A stretch of 59,913 nucleotides of DNA, counting the filler, from Dugesia japonica (Eukaryota), in the NCBI GenBank assembly GCA_001938525.1. It is 6 parts of 6 records of this genome, joined end to end, with 100 filler letters (N's around TTAATTAATTAA, not from the genome) between each part and the next. Parts side by side here need not be neighbours in the genome. Positions count along the whole stretch, not along the records: positions 19,971 to 32,361 come from MQRL01570450.1; positions 32,462 to 41,977 come from MQRL01622612.1; 4 more parts are not named here. One strand, given 5' to 3'. This document shows positions 24,956 to 37,400 of the stretch, in pieces (the stretch's first letter is position 1; each line of letters opens with the position of its first letter). The position numbers were made by a program, and so were the translations under genes. The notes under the pieces are model-generated. The model made no database searches, was not told where the DNA came from, and saw only the letters and a list, made by a program, of their open reading frames with translations.

Positions 24956-26089
24956 ATAATAATAATCTATAATAATTATAATAACACCGATAAAAAAAGA
25001 AAAACTAAAGTCTTTTATTCTGTTTGTCATTTGATGGATCCCGATTGAAATTGACTTCATTTTGATGCATATTTGATTGGATTGACATATTATCAATAAT
25101 CTAGAAATAAATTTAAGAAATAATTAAATAGAAAAATAATTAAAAGTACCATCTTTCTCTTCATGCTTGGAACATCATTCTTTTGGATATTGTTGGAATT
25201 TATAATCTGAAATTTGAAAACAGTAATTAAAAATAATAATAAATAAATCTTACTTTTGCTGTTGTATTTGAATGTGAAAAATTTTAAAAAATGAAATAAT
25301 GAAAAAAAATGATATAAATACATACTTTGATATGTCTAGATTGTTTCTTGATAAAAATGTAAAATGATAAATAACATTCTTACATTTAATATTTTGTTGT
25401 ATAGAATTTTCTAGAATAAATAATCAATAACATACAAAAAATTACATAAATACATACATACATACAAAATCTTTAAATTCTACTTACGTAACTTACACAT
25501 TTGAATCAGTTACACTATTTATAATATTAAATTAGGAATTGATATTTAATGATTAAATATAAATTTCAGATTTATATATAGATTGATATTAAACTAAAAC
25601 AATATTTTACTAATTTTTTATATGATCAGTGATCACTAAATTTATTAAACGTATTACATAATTAAAAGGTTAAATTACATAATTCCGTGGTGCGGTTGTG
25701 AATTCAGTAAATTCCGCGGTGTGGTAAATCGTGCGCAGTAATTATACTACAATTTTATTTTTTGATTTTAATAATTTCACTTTATTTAATGTACTTACTC
25801 CTTCCCATGAAAAGGTTATTTTTAAAAAAATTAAAAACCAAAAGAATTTGTATTTTTCAAATATATACGACATAAAATGTTAATATTAATCATTTATGAG
25901 TAACAATAAATTTATTAAATCTACTTTTTCTATGGGATTTATATAATATATAATTATAAGTATATAAATATTCTGATTTTTCTGAAAAAATATGATATGA
26001 TGATTGTAAATTAGTGATACAAAATGATAATTCTAATATACAGATTAATATCAACACAAAAGGTTATTGTCACACAGAAGTCTCGATGA

Positions 26090-28480
26090 TTATTTGGAAA
26101 AATATTTGATGCAGAAAAAAATAATTCTATTGTCTATTCAGAGCTAGATTAATTCGCACCAGTTACAGGGAGTGGGGCACACCACTTGTTGTCGATAAAA
26201 ACAAAATGGATTGTGGAGACTAGAGACAATTAGATAAACCATAATAGGTAAATACCCTTTACGTAGAATCCAAGATCTATTGGATAAACCTCGGGGCTCT
26301 ACCATTTTCTGCAAACAAGACCTTAAAAAAGCATTTAACCAGATACCGATAGCAGAAAAGGACATTCTTAAAACTACGGTTATCACACCACTTGGTTTAT
26401 GTGAATACTGCGAAATGCTGTTTGGATGTAAGAATTGCTCAGCTATTTTTCAAATATTTATGGATACAATTCTGAGAGAACATCAAGACTTCGCAATATC
26501 ATACGTCGATGATATTTTCAAAAAATGAAGTGGACCATGAAGATCATACACAAAATGTAACTAGTACTATCCGTTCTATTGGGTTGGAGATCAATACGGA
26601 TAAATATATTTTTCAGTCGCATCAAGTAGAATTTTTAGAATTCAAGATATCAGAAAATTGAATCCTTTCTAAAACTAAAATAGTTTTCTATTTAATAGTT
26701 TTATATTTAAAATAGCCTTCCAGATTTCACCACTCCACAAGCTAATCATAAAAAAGTAAAAATTTAAAAGAGGCATAGTCGAATACACCAGTGATCAGAC
26801 AGATGCTTCCAACACTATCACAGATACACTACTGCATTTACAAATATTGAATTACCCAGCCATGTAAAAACAGTTTGTTTTGAGAACAAATGCATCATTA
26901 GAAACAGTTAGAGTTGCGTTGAAGCAAGTAGAATCAGAAGGAAAACATATTCTAATTGCATTTTTCTCATGAAAAGTGTCTTCTGCAGAGAGAAACTACT
27001 CAACCTTTAACAGAGAACTGCTAGCAGTAGTACTTGGAGCTAGGAAGTTCAAGCACTATTTTGATTCTACAACATTCGCTATATAGACAGATTACCAGCC
27101 TTTATTAAAGATTGCAACTAAAATATCCAAATCCCAGACAAGGAAGATGGCTTGAATTCCAAACTAAATTTTTCATCAAATTAAAATATTTGAAGGAATC
27201 GGAGAACACAATAACCGATTTTCTTTCAAGAATAAATGCACTTAGCAAGAAAACTGCGAGCAATCGAGATTCCCTGAAAAAATTCCTCCTTAAAATAAAG
27301 TGACTCTAAGTAAAAAATATTTATAGACATATTAATACCCAAACGGCAAATAATTCTCACTCTGGTGCAGATAATTTAAAAGAATTTACGATGGCTGCCA
27401 CGCTGGAGTTATAACAACAACACTGCTGGCTGAGAAGTATGTTTGGCCAGAAATGTAATCAGATATTTGCGAATATGGCAGAAGGTTTAAGAATCGCAAA
27501 CGTTCAAAAATTTATAGGCATTGCTCATCTCTACTAGAAAAATATCCTGACACTGAGAGATTTAAATAACTACATGTTGACTTAGTAGAACCACTACCAG
27601 CAATAAATGATATGCGGTATATATTGTTGATTATCAACAGAAAAACCCTCATGGTTCGACGCAGTGTCATATCAGGACTTTGCATCCGATTATCGTCTTA
27701 TAAAACACGTGGATCAATCAATTTGGATTTTCAAAAGTCATTATCGCGGATCAAGGACGACAGTTCTAAGCAAAAGCTTTCGAAAAATTTTGTAAAGCTA
27801 TTGGCACTGAACACAGATTATTGATGTCATACCGCCTACAATCGAATAGCAAGATTGTAATGCAAACCAATATCACAGAACCATAAAGAACGCACTTCAA
27901 GCTGCGTCAATAATTGCAAACAAGGAATGGATCCAAAGACTACCGAATATACTATTATTTTTAAGAAACTGTATGGGTTCAGACAGCAAGGCGTCACCAT
28001 CTCAATTGACACTAGGAATGAACACAAGCTTACCAAGTGATAGCATAACTTCAGTTGACATTTTTGATGACCATGAATCATCTGTCGAAAAAATTAAAGA
28101 CGACATCAAGAATTTAGAAGTGCTAAAAACTAATCGATGATCAAATAGAAGCTTGGAAAGATCTGTTTAACTGAGAAAAAGTTTTGTTGATAGTAGAAAT
28201 TCCTATTGGACTCAATATTTTATATTCAAGGTTCTTAGTTGTAATGACGATGACAAAACTTTCGAAATCAATTTAGATGGCTCTCCAAAGATTATTTCAA
28301 TAGCGAGATTGATGCCAACAATTTTATTAGAGCACGCAATTCAAAATTGGGAGTGATGTAGAATTCTTATTAAAATTCTATATTAAAATTAAAATTGCAA
28401 TTAAATTATATTTGTTTGAATATCATATTTGTAATAATAATAAATATTTTAAAAAGTGTAATTGAATTGAATCATGAATA
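26090..28480 (+). mobile_element. Degenerate Ty3/Gypsy pol relic (RT-RH-IN), second family
   Basis: DLKKAFNQIPIAEKDILKTTVITPLGL...FGCKN...YVDDI; NYSTFNRELLAV; HVDLVEPLP; purine-rich GGGAGTGA followed by TGTAG (probable 3' LTR start near 28358). Confidence 0.85.
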
Positions 28481-29332
28481 CAACATTTCGACGAATCAAC
28501 CCTCGTCATTCGACAAAAAGATAAATATGATATAATTTAGTCTATATTATTCAAACAAAGATTTAAGCTATAAAACTTATGGATATAATAAAAATTCAAA
28601 ATTGTTTTTTAAAATTCTTTTGCTAATAAAATTTTAATGAAATTCTCCACATACTTTATATATCACGAAACTTAAAGTAATACTATATCATTGGTTTGCA
28701 TTTACACGCATTACCGCTATTATTATTTTTAAATATTCCTTAATATCTTTAATTATTATTTTTAAAGTCATTATTATGATTGCCCATAAAATTTTTATAG
28801 TTATATGAACAGTAATTTCGCCTGTAAACAAGCTGTATTTTCATGTATATAAAACGATTCTAGTGAATACGTAATTAAACATCGATACATAATAATTTGA
28901 TTTTAAACAGAACAGTATTTTAAAATAATTATAAATCAACATTTTTATTTTGATTCAAAAAACAATTAAAGATTTATATATTTTATGTTACAATTTAACA
29001 ATCATAAGTATAAAAACTCTAAAACGCCATTTTAATATATATTTTTTACTAAATTTTTCCGTCATCTTCAGATACAATATGTAATCCTTTTATAATAAAA
29101 TATGCTTATATATAAAAAATCTGATTATATAATCAATTATGCAATCTCTCCAATAAATCAAATTAATTAAAAACATTCAATAAAGATTTGGGAAGACCAG
29201 TTTGAATATTTATTTTTTGGATCAATTGATCTAATCATCAATGCTCCTAATACCCTTTAAAGTTTCTGCACAAAATTTTAAAACTATTTTTACTAATAAT
29301 TGATGATTTCAATTTATGAAGTGAATTATAAA

Positions 29333-29562
29333 TTCATTTAAAAAAAAGATTCTATCAAAAAATTTTTTATGGATTTTTTGAGATTGATTCGATATTTCGA
29401 CTTTGTCTTCTTCAGGAATTGACTTTTTAAAAATCAATTTCTGACGAAGACAAAGTCGAAATATCGAATCAATCTCAAAATTCAATAAAAAAAATTTTGA
29501 TCGAAGCTTTTATTTTAAATTAATTTTGAAAAACGATCAATGGTTACGTCCAACAATTATTT
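29333..29562. mobile_element. Palindromic (foldback) MITE
   Basis: Arms GAGATTGATTCGATATTTCGACTTTGTCTTC / GAAGACAAAGTCGAAATATCGAATCAATCTC. Related copies at about 738-900, 50757-50930, 53508-53752 and 57970-58075 share TAAAATAAAAGCTTCGATCAAAATTTT. Confidence 0.8.
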
Positions 29563-29757
29563 TTGCAATAATTGCAATTATAGATTATGAATGATTAAAT
29601 ATTTCAAAGATTCTCATTCACATTAAGGATAATCTTTATTTATTTACAAAAATAGGTCAGTAATATATTTCTTGTGAGACAAGTGTAGACGGCATCTATA
29701 ATAAATATAAATTACTTGAAGATTAATTTGATGTTTTAATATATATTTTTAATTACA

Positions 29758-29793
<36 letters not shown>

Positions 29794-32259
29794 TTGAAAG
29801 TAAGAATACAGTTTAAGATATCAAATATATTATTCGAAATAATCAATATTATTAATTATTCTTTTATTGCAGTTTTACTTTATTAAGGTATAGTTCACTT
29901 TAAAATCAAACCAGTTATTAGTGATGTTTCAGTTTCAAGGGTAAAGTTGTTTGATCTAGACTTGCCGAAAGATTTGGAACTCTACGAACATAAAAAAAGT
30001 ATGTCACTTGTTTTTCAAAAATTTTTTGAGTATATTAATATTTGAATAATGCGAATTTAATTACTTAATATCTGATGGTATAGATATATGACTATATAAA
30101 TAATTCACATTATAATTTAGCGATAAATAAATAAATTTTGATTTATTTAGAAAACAAGTTTTTTGGGTTGCTAGGCTTTTTGATGTTGTTTTAATATTTG
30201 ATTTTATTGCTTTTAGTTTCATTCTCTTAATCATAACTGCTTTCTCTTCCGATTATCTGTTCTGTCTGGGGGATGACACCTAGCAACCACAGAAATTTGT
30301 GTTACTCTCTTTAGTAACACGATCCCCCTTTTCTCGGATTCATCGGGACTATGCTGTATCTCGTCTTAGGTCCAATTTCTTTCTATCCGGTTCTCGTTTT
30401 CCTTTAAAAAATCCATCAATATTAATTCGTGTTAATATTAGAAATTTGAAATGCATTATATACAAAGATTTTATTTTTAAGCAAGGTTGATCACAAATTC
30501 AATGTCCGCTACTCATCTAGTTCGATGATTTCTTTCGATCTTGTTTTAGCAACTTCCGCTACTGGATTGGAGGCTTGAGTTAATGTTCGGACCGTCGCGA
30601 TCAGCACACTTTCCCGGTCCCATATGCTTTGTTTATATCCGCCATAGCACGGCAAGTCTGAGATAGGGCGAGATCTCGTTCTTTTAATTTACTTATTTTC
30701 TCACGGAGTTGAGTGTTTTTGCATTGTAACTCGGTGATTTCCGTCTTTAATCTTTTTTGGGTCAAACACCATTTCGCCCGTATGTCTGCGATTGAATTAT
30801 CCGTTAATCTCTTGTTTTCAGACTCTATAAATAATAATAAGCAAATTAGTAGCATAACTTGTAATTTATTTCAGTATAATTTGTAAATTTTATTTTTAGA
30901 TTAATATCAAAATTCAAATTTTTATCAAGCTCACATTAACTAACTCGACATTCTTAAGATCACTGGTAATAGTCATGACAAAATCGTTTGGTATTATTAA
31001 TCATTATAAACAGTTAATAAATAAGTAAACTCTTTCAAATGAAAACTATATTGCGGTTAACCAAAGTAATCACACTACTGTTTCAAAATTGTTTGTGTCA
31101 TCCAGTGGCGCTAACCCTTACTGGAGTACTGTTTCGACTTTATTATTCATCCGTTCTGATAATTTGGTGTACTCATCGGCCTCCAATTGAGCTGCTCTCA
31201 TCGTCCGCATCACCTGTTGTTGTTGCTTGGCGAGTTCCGTTGACCTGATCAATAGTGATATCAACTCTTTCTCGCGTCCCTGCTGCCACTTGGTCATCTC
31301 CTCCAGTTGTGTCTGATGTTGTTGCTCTTGTTTCTCCACTCGTATCTGGAGATTATTTATTCTCTGGACCTGCTCGGAGAACTGCGTTCGTTGTCGAATG
31401 ATTTCCCACCGTAATTCTTTTACCTCCGTATCTTTAGCCCGCAGTTGATTCTGAGAAATCCACCAAGGATTGTTGTCTGTCTCTTCAGTGCTGACAGAGT
31501 CCCAAAGAGGTGGCATACAATTGCTTGTCTCAAATGAATAACCAGTTGGTTCCAGAGTCTGCATCGNNNNNNNNNNNNNNNATGTTGTCGTCATCTAGAG
31601 TAAAATATACTAGAACCATGTTAATAATAATATACAACGACTGAATCTAATTATTATGGAAAAATATATTTTCTCTTCTGACATTACAGGCATCGATCAC
31701 CTGTCAGCATGGATGGATGTGGATCATCAGGTTGTTATTAGATATTCATATACATTTCGTTGTTACCCAATCGTTATCTCATATCTCTTGGCATCATCAA
31801 CCAACTATCATGTCATCATCCTCATCATTAAGCTTAACATTTGTACAATACTTTATGGATGATCCATATCCCTCCAACTGTCAGATGGTTTTCCTGCGAT
31901 CAACAATAATAAAGTCCAAAGAATCTCTAATATTATAATTATTAATCAGCAATTTAAAATAATTTAAGTAATAATAATATTTTATAATCAACATCAATAA
32001 AATAACTAGTTATTAGAGTAAACCGAATTAATATTTTCATCACATCTACATGGTATTCGTAGCAATGTACAATTTAATTAAATCAACGTGAAAGGACTCA
32101 ACCACACCACCACCGACTCAAATTTATTAACTCCTTCAACTCTTTCATATTTCCTAATCAGGTATTCATGTGAACGTAGCTCTCATAATTTGTAACACTC
32201 CTTTTGTAAACATTCATCTCGCATTATCATTTATTAATTATGGTCTCGCATATCACTCT

Positions 32260-32361
32260 AGTAGATAGATAGTAGCACACGACCTCAGCACACATGCAGT
32301 ACCCCCCCTCCCGACGTAATCGGATTATTACATAACTGAGGTTGTATTTTTCTAATGTAAA
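32260..32361 (+). mobile_element. Polinton-type terminus at a contig end
   Basis: AGTAGATAGATAGTAGCACAC...GCAGTACCCCCCC. Confidence 0.6.
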
Positions 32362-32518
32362 NNNNNNNNNNNNNNNNNNNNNNNNNNNNNNNNNNNNNNN
32401 NNNNNTTAATTAATTAANNNNNNNNNNNNNNNNNNNNNNNNNNNNNNNNNNNNNNNNNNNNTATTATGCATATATATATATAATGCATCTCATTATTATT
32501 TCTTGTAATTTTTTAAAT

Positions 32519-32893
32519 ATGAATTCTACAAATATAAAAATAATGGAAGAACAATTCAGCAAACGAGGTTTGAATTTTTTAATTATTTTATGATTTTATT
32601 AATTTTATAATTTAGGAATGCTTATAGACATAATGGAGAAAAGAAATAGGCTTGATGAAGAACGAAAACCAATGCTTCCAGAGTGCATTGTCAAAGGGTA
32701 CATGGGGGCTAAATTTTGTGAACCTGATTGTATCGGGTGCGCAGAGTTTAACGTCTATGTCGCCAAGCAGAACAATCTGGATGCTTTTAATAAATATAAT
32801 GCCTATTTTTTTAAAGTTATTATTACAAGATATTTATGCATGTTATTTGCAGTCTTGATATTTTTTAAGATATTATTACAAGATATCTGGTAG
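32519..32893 (+). CDS. Small putative spliced ORF with Cys cluster (CEPDCIGC)
   Basis: ATG at 32519 to CGA G|gtttg ... tttag|GA ATG joins in phase to ORF 32618-32893. No homology recognised. Confidence 0.35.
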
Positions 32894-33939
32894 TCTTGAT
32901 TGAAGCATTATTAATTATTTCTTTATATTTTACTTTAGATGGCTCAGTTTTGATATATATTCTTTGTAAGAGATTCAGGCATTATTGATTTTTAAAAAAA
33001 ATATTTTTGCTTTAGATGTGCCAGTCTTGTTATTTTGCAAGCAATGAACAGTCTAAAATTCATATGCACGTGATTTTCAGTGTATCTGTGTTGCATATGA
33101 GTTGCATCTGAGTGGCATACCTATTGCATTTATTTTAAAAATTCAAAATGGTGGCTATATTGAGTTTTAAAAAAACAAATTGGTGGCTATGTTGAGTTTT
33201 AAAAATTCTCAGACTTGTGATTTTCAGTGTATGTGTGTTGCAGCTGTAATGCGTCTGAGTTGCATTTATGAAAATATATCTATTAAAAAACTTCAAAGAT
33301 AGGAGTCTTTGTGATATTTACATGATAAAAATATAACTATTAAAGTTTTAAAACTTCCGATCAAAAATTTTTTTTTGAATTTTCCCCCAAAAAGATTTTT
33401 TTTGAATTTACAACCAAATTAATTTTTTTGAATTTCCCGCCAAAAAAGTTTTCAAAAATATCAAGACTTCCCGCTTCCCCGGTCGAAAATCTTACAATAC
33501 AACACTTCCCTGATCAAAATACCAAAAAATAACCAAACATACATCAAATACTAAAAAATGACATTACTTTCATTAAATTCATCAAATTAAGCAATATACA
33601 TCATTTTTTTTACCAAATTAAATATTTCAAAAATTTATGACATCATAACCAATTGACAAAAACTTTCAAATAAATCTTATAAAATCCGATAATTAATTTT
33701 CTTTCCAAACATACAAACCTCCACCTCACGAAAACTTTTTTAACACACTTATACTACTTACAAAATAAACCAATCAAATAGTAGCCCTTAAAATNAAAAA
33801 TCAAAGCACATTCGACAACCAACATCTTAACCATCACATTACCTCTCCAACAAGCCATCAACCAACAAATTCCATAAACAACATAATAACCTACAACCAA
33901 AACAAAAATCCTCCACGATAACTCATACGCCTGTGCCTG

Positions 33940-34444
33940 TGTGCCACTAAGTTTGTAGTGAAAACCATCCATCCAAACTCATAAGTCCATTAGACAATAT
34001 ATAGACCAAATTTTGTCCAACAACAAATAAATCTTCAAAGTCCCAAAAATATTATCTCCACAATCTCCAGCTACTACTCCTTGTTTTTTCCAGTATTTTA
34101 CACACACACACACAACCACAATTTGACCAACTTTTTAAAAACCACCTTAACAACCCAAACACACAGAAAATTTAAAATTTAAAAATACACACACACACAC
34201 ACATTTTCAGGATAAAAAAAACTAATCAAATCAAAAAAAAACTTTGATCCTATCAAAAATTTTTGATCCCAAAAATATTAGGAAAAAAAACGATCACAAA
34301 AATCATGGTTAAAAAACGCAGCTCAAGCGTAATGTGTTTCTGAGCCCCCGGGGGGAGGGAGGGGCTCGATAACTGCTTAAAAATAATTTTGCCCGAATTT
34401 TGGCTCATTNCCAAATTATGCCCGTGTGCCACTATCTACCTACT
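33940..34444 (-). mobile_element. Long terminal region of a Polinton-type non-autonomous element
   Basis: Ends ...GTGCCACTATCTACCTACT; about 500 bp is an inverted, diverged copy of 41481-41977. Confidence 0.75.
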
Positions 34445-37400
34445 TTAAATAATTAATATTACATAAATCAAGTAAATAATGCCGGGAAAAGATGAGAGAA
34501 ATAACAAATGAAAATGATAAATCAGGCGAAAATGCACTTGGAAAAATAGAATATATTATTTTTATAAGTGATATAAATTTAATAAAAGTAGAAATATTTT
34601 TGGGTTCCACCTTAGTTTGTGTGCCAAATGCTGGTCTAAGGTTCACCACAGTGATTGGCCGCGGGCTTGTGACTGCAGCACACACGTTGGGATGCATGAG
34701 TTCACTGCCAAATCTGATGCCAAGTATGTCAAGTCAATGAGCGCAGTTCTTTTCGACCTGCCTGCATCCACCCATAAATGTGTTGGAACTTGGATTACTT
34801 TCTATGTTTCACTAATTAAGACAGAACGAATTTGCTGCTGACTGCTAAGTGTTACTGTGTCTCTTTCGATTTCCGAGTAGTCAATAGTAGACCATTAGTA
34901 TAGTACTGTGCATACAACCTGATATATCGATATCTAAATAAGATTTATGTTTCTGGTCATAGGTTACAAAATCTGAAGTCTATAGACTAGGTTTAGCATA
35001 CGATTGATATTCACCTGGTTTTACTTACTTAAACAATTATTTTTCAACACAATAAAAGGCAGCGACGGATCCAGGAATTTTACATGGGGGGCGATAAAAA
35101 TAATTATGTCATTTATTATTTAATCAACCGGGAATTTAATTTTTTGTTTAAAGAAAGAAAAATTAATGACTTTTCTCTATTATTAATAGCTGTCATTACA
35201 TAACTCACAAATATTTATGGGAAATAAAAATACATGAGTATAATGAAAACTTTTCACTGTTTAAAACACATTTAATAATTTCTATAGAATTTATTAATTG
35301 AATCTATAAATTATTGTTTTAATTTAGACAAATTAATTCAATCTTGTTAAAGTAACCACTAATTTATAATTTGAAGTTGAGTTGGTTTAGAATCATCAGC
35401 CGTCATTATCTGAATTTAAAAATATTATATTTAACGTAAAATAAATTGTGTTTTACTTTCTTTTAATAATTTATGTAAGAATATTGGTTGTTATTTTATG
35501 CTTAAAACAAACTTAAATAAAAGGTATAAAATAAAAATTGTATTTAAACAAAAACATCGATATCTGTTTGTTATGCATTTCTATAGAACACTACTAAATA
35601 TTTCTTGGTTTAATTAAATAACTGCAATCAAATGTTACAAATTTATTTGATCAAAAATGATGTTGGGGTTTAATCTGAGTTGGGTGTTTTAACTGATGAC
35701 TGCGGATCAGTCACCCAGTGGAACCCTGCTAAGAATTTGATCTACCGTCCATAAGCTAGATTTTCATAATGAAGCCGGTGACTCGTAGCCCGTAGCTTGA
35801 GTGCTTGCTGGTATCCCTTTGGTTTAGGTTCATTCTTCCCCCTTAAATATGTTGTTCAAGAGAAAATGTAACAAAAGACGTAAAATTAACACATTTATTT
35901 TTATTTTAATACTTATTATTGCGTTGCAGGTTCTTCGTTAAAATCAAAAGCGTCCCCGTCTTCCTGATCATCCCACTGTTAGGTTTTCATAGTGTTACAC
36001 TGCGCAGTCAGGTCTGCTATATATTGTGTCAGAAATGAGACCTTTTGAAAGAGCCAATAAGCGGTATTATTAGCGATCTCTAACTGTTTTTATAAACAAA
36101 TTCTAATTTTCTTATTGTTTGGTTCTTACGTTGGATGTATTTTAATAACATCTGTTCGTATCGCTTGCTGCATTTGCGTTCCAGTGTCAATCCACGTAAC
36201 AACTGGTGGCATTTATGTAATTGTCGTGGTAATTGGATAGTGGACACTAAAAGAATAAGATTAAACTACGTGGTGATTACGAATACTAATTAAAATTGAA
36301 ATTAATAAAAATTGAAAAATTAAAAAATATACATATATATATATAATAGTTTATTTACAGTTAAAAAACAATAAGCAATCAATCTCGCGTTTCGATTGCT
36401 TTGTCTATGATTAGCGTGTCAAGAAGCACGCGCTGTCGTCGTTTACTAATCTATTTTTTCTCTCCTGCAAGGACCGTATGACTTCAGCGAAGGTTTCAAG
36501 TTGAGCTTTCCATATGTGGTCTTGAGAATGTAAACGTTCAGCTTCCTCTCGGTATTCACGACACCGTTTTTTATATAGTTTATTACTTGCCTTCTCGGTG
36601 GTAATTTGACCCTTCCAATTCATCTTAGCGACCCTGTATAGCTCCCAGGTCGTTTCCTGATCATCGCTATATACATGTATGCGCTTACGTGTAGAAGCTG
36701 AGACATATTTGGTACAATTGTTGCTCAATAAAAGGAAGAGAAATATTTTTTAATTTAATATTAATAATAGTTTGGAGTTAGAGTCACGGCAAAAATTTTG
36801 ATAAAGTTTATCGCTGTTATTTTATTTAATTAGCGATTCAAGAAGTACTTCATTATTGGCAATATTTAAGTTTTAATTAGCAAATAACAACTAAGGTAAA
36901 ACACTAATTTCCATTACAAGATAAAAATAGCACTCAATAAGTTGGTCAACCCACCAAGGGAGTTACATCCAAATCCTCGGTAAATGAATCGGTAGGCGAT
37001 GCTGGTAAAGTTTTTATCGAAATACCTACTTACTATCTAAAATTTTCTTTTCTGCAATGGATTGAAATTAGATTTAGACGTTTTTTCAGTTAGCAAATGG
37101 ATTAAAAAGGTTTTTCTGTCTCGTTTAACTCAATATACTTTGTGAAAAATTGTTAAAATTTCTAAATTTCAGGGGGAGGGCTTATAAAGTTTTATTTTTG
37201 CAACCCGATTCTCCTCCAATTGGATAATTATTTTAAAAATTTGTTTTTTGATTGACTTTTTACTTAAAATTTCAAATTTTTCTAACTTGTTCTTAGTTTC
37301 TTATTGGGGATTTTTTTAAGTAACCTGATTTTTATTTGACTAAGAATACGATGTCCCTTATTTAACTTACACACACTGATTAGAGTATAAAGAAACAGGA

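Noticed and set aside
33754-33972. Hydrophobic 72-aa ORF resembling a membrane protein
   Set aside because: Explained by CA/GT compositional skew of TE subterminal sequence.
32260-34444. Pairing the 32260 and 34444 termini as one element
   Set aside because: Subterminal sequences differ, flanks do not match (CACTCT vs TTAAAT), and a contig spacer lies between them.
35692-35730. CTGATGA hammerhead ribozyme core candidates (also 12774, 14093, 20179)
   Set aside because: No stem II followed by GAAA and stem III could be built by eye. An Infernal search would be needed, especially near the Penelope relics.
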